Assembly (NCBI GenBank): GCA_963598795.1
Contig: CAVBUY010000002.1
Span: 700 to 64,699 of the forward strand
Source of the DNA: Alistipes shahii
GTDB lineage: Bacteria; Bacillota_I; Bacilli_A; RFN20; CAG-826
Direction: 5' to 3'
DNA length: 64,000 bases
Part shown: positions 63,799-64,000 of the stretch, piece after piece
Layout: the number at the start of each line of letters is the position of its first letter
Position numbering within the stretch: position 1 is the stretch's first letter
Notes under the pieces: generated by a model
Databases searched by the model: none
The model's input: the letters and a program-made list of their open reading frames with translations, nothing else
What the model was told of the DNA's origin: nothing
Program-made: the position numbers and the translations under genes

Positions 63799-64000
63799 TT
63801 AAAGGGGTTTAGCCATGATATCTTTCCACAAACGGGGATATTTCTTTCCAGAATCCATTTCTTTAACGAATAGGAAGTTCATTCTTTCTTCTCCACTCGG
63901 CATTGTTTCTTTTTGGCAATCAATAAGTTTGAGCTTAAGAATCTTTATAGCGTTTTGGCTATCTTTTAGCTCTTCTTCGCCTTTTATTGATTTAAGCAAA
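63799..64000 (-). CDS. C-terminal part of an unidentified protein (partial; 5' end outside window)
   Basis: ORF open to the window end: ...NFLFVKEMDSGKKYPRLWKDIMAKPL*. No family assigned. Confidence 0.35.
   Translation of the reverse strand, partial: LLKSIKGEEELKDSQNAIKILKLKLIDCQKETMPSGEERMNFLFVKEMDSGKKYPRLWKDIMAKPL

Noticed and set aside
1-64000. Alternative genetic code (TGA = Trp, as in Mycoplasma and relatives), considered because of the reduced, Mollicutes-like gene content
   Set aside because: All long conserved genes (argS, fhs, rny, recA, metK, der and others) are full length with TGA as stop and Trp encoded by TGG. The cca gene ends with TGA overlapping the dnaD ATG. Standard code 11 fits.

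Overview
64-kb chromosomal window from a low-GC Firmicute with a compact genome. It uses the standard genetic code: no in-frame TGA is needed in any long ORF. RecU, DnaD, GpsB, RNA polymerase delta, RNase Y and a type-B RNase P RNA point to a Bacilli / Erysipelotrichia / acholeplasma-like lineage. Most of the window is tightly packed housekeeping sequence with Bacillus-like synteny. Conserved blocks include folA-thyA, metK, mgtE, pgi, argS-ispF-ychF and fhs-miaA-miaB-ymdB-rny-recA-cinA-pgsA-rnpB-gpsB. Further blocks are recU-nth-dnaD-cca-hup and der-cmk-fer-ribU. There are six tRNA genes, all with encoded CCA, plus an FMN riboswitch and a SAM-riboswitch-like metK leader. I saw no rRNA, CRISPR array, transposase or integrase. 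The accessory-looking part is about 8.6-15.2 kb. It holds a NUDIX-YunG fusion, a Fic-MazG operon behind tandem operator-like repeats, and a strongly codon-biased protein of unknown function. It also holds a five-gene translationally coupled cassette at 12.7-15.2 kb: XRE, ImmA/IrrE, a DUF4417-like gene and two small overlapping ORFs. That cassette has no mobility genes nearby and is my best candidate for an undescribed conflict or toxin-immunity system. A second small island (30.8-32.9 kb) carries an AAA/DUF4143-type ATPase, direct repeats and a tRNA-3'-end-like fragment. Other oddities are domain fusions that mirror Bacillus gene neighbourhoods (S1/GSP13-PGI, MiaB-RicA/YmcA-like) and a 208-aa head-and-neck-only CCA-adding enzyme. 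A DarA-like PII protein is coupled to a cation/proton antiporter. Two divergent surface-protein genes 39 kb apart share an inverted promoter, 5'UTR and signal-anchor module. All family assignments are by eye from motifs and remembered sequences; no searches were run.
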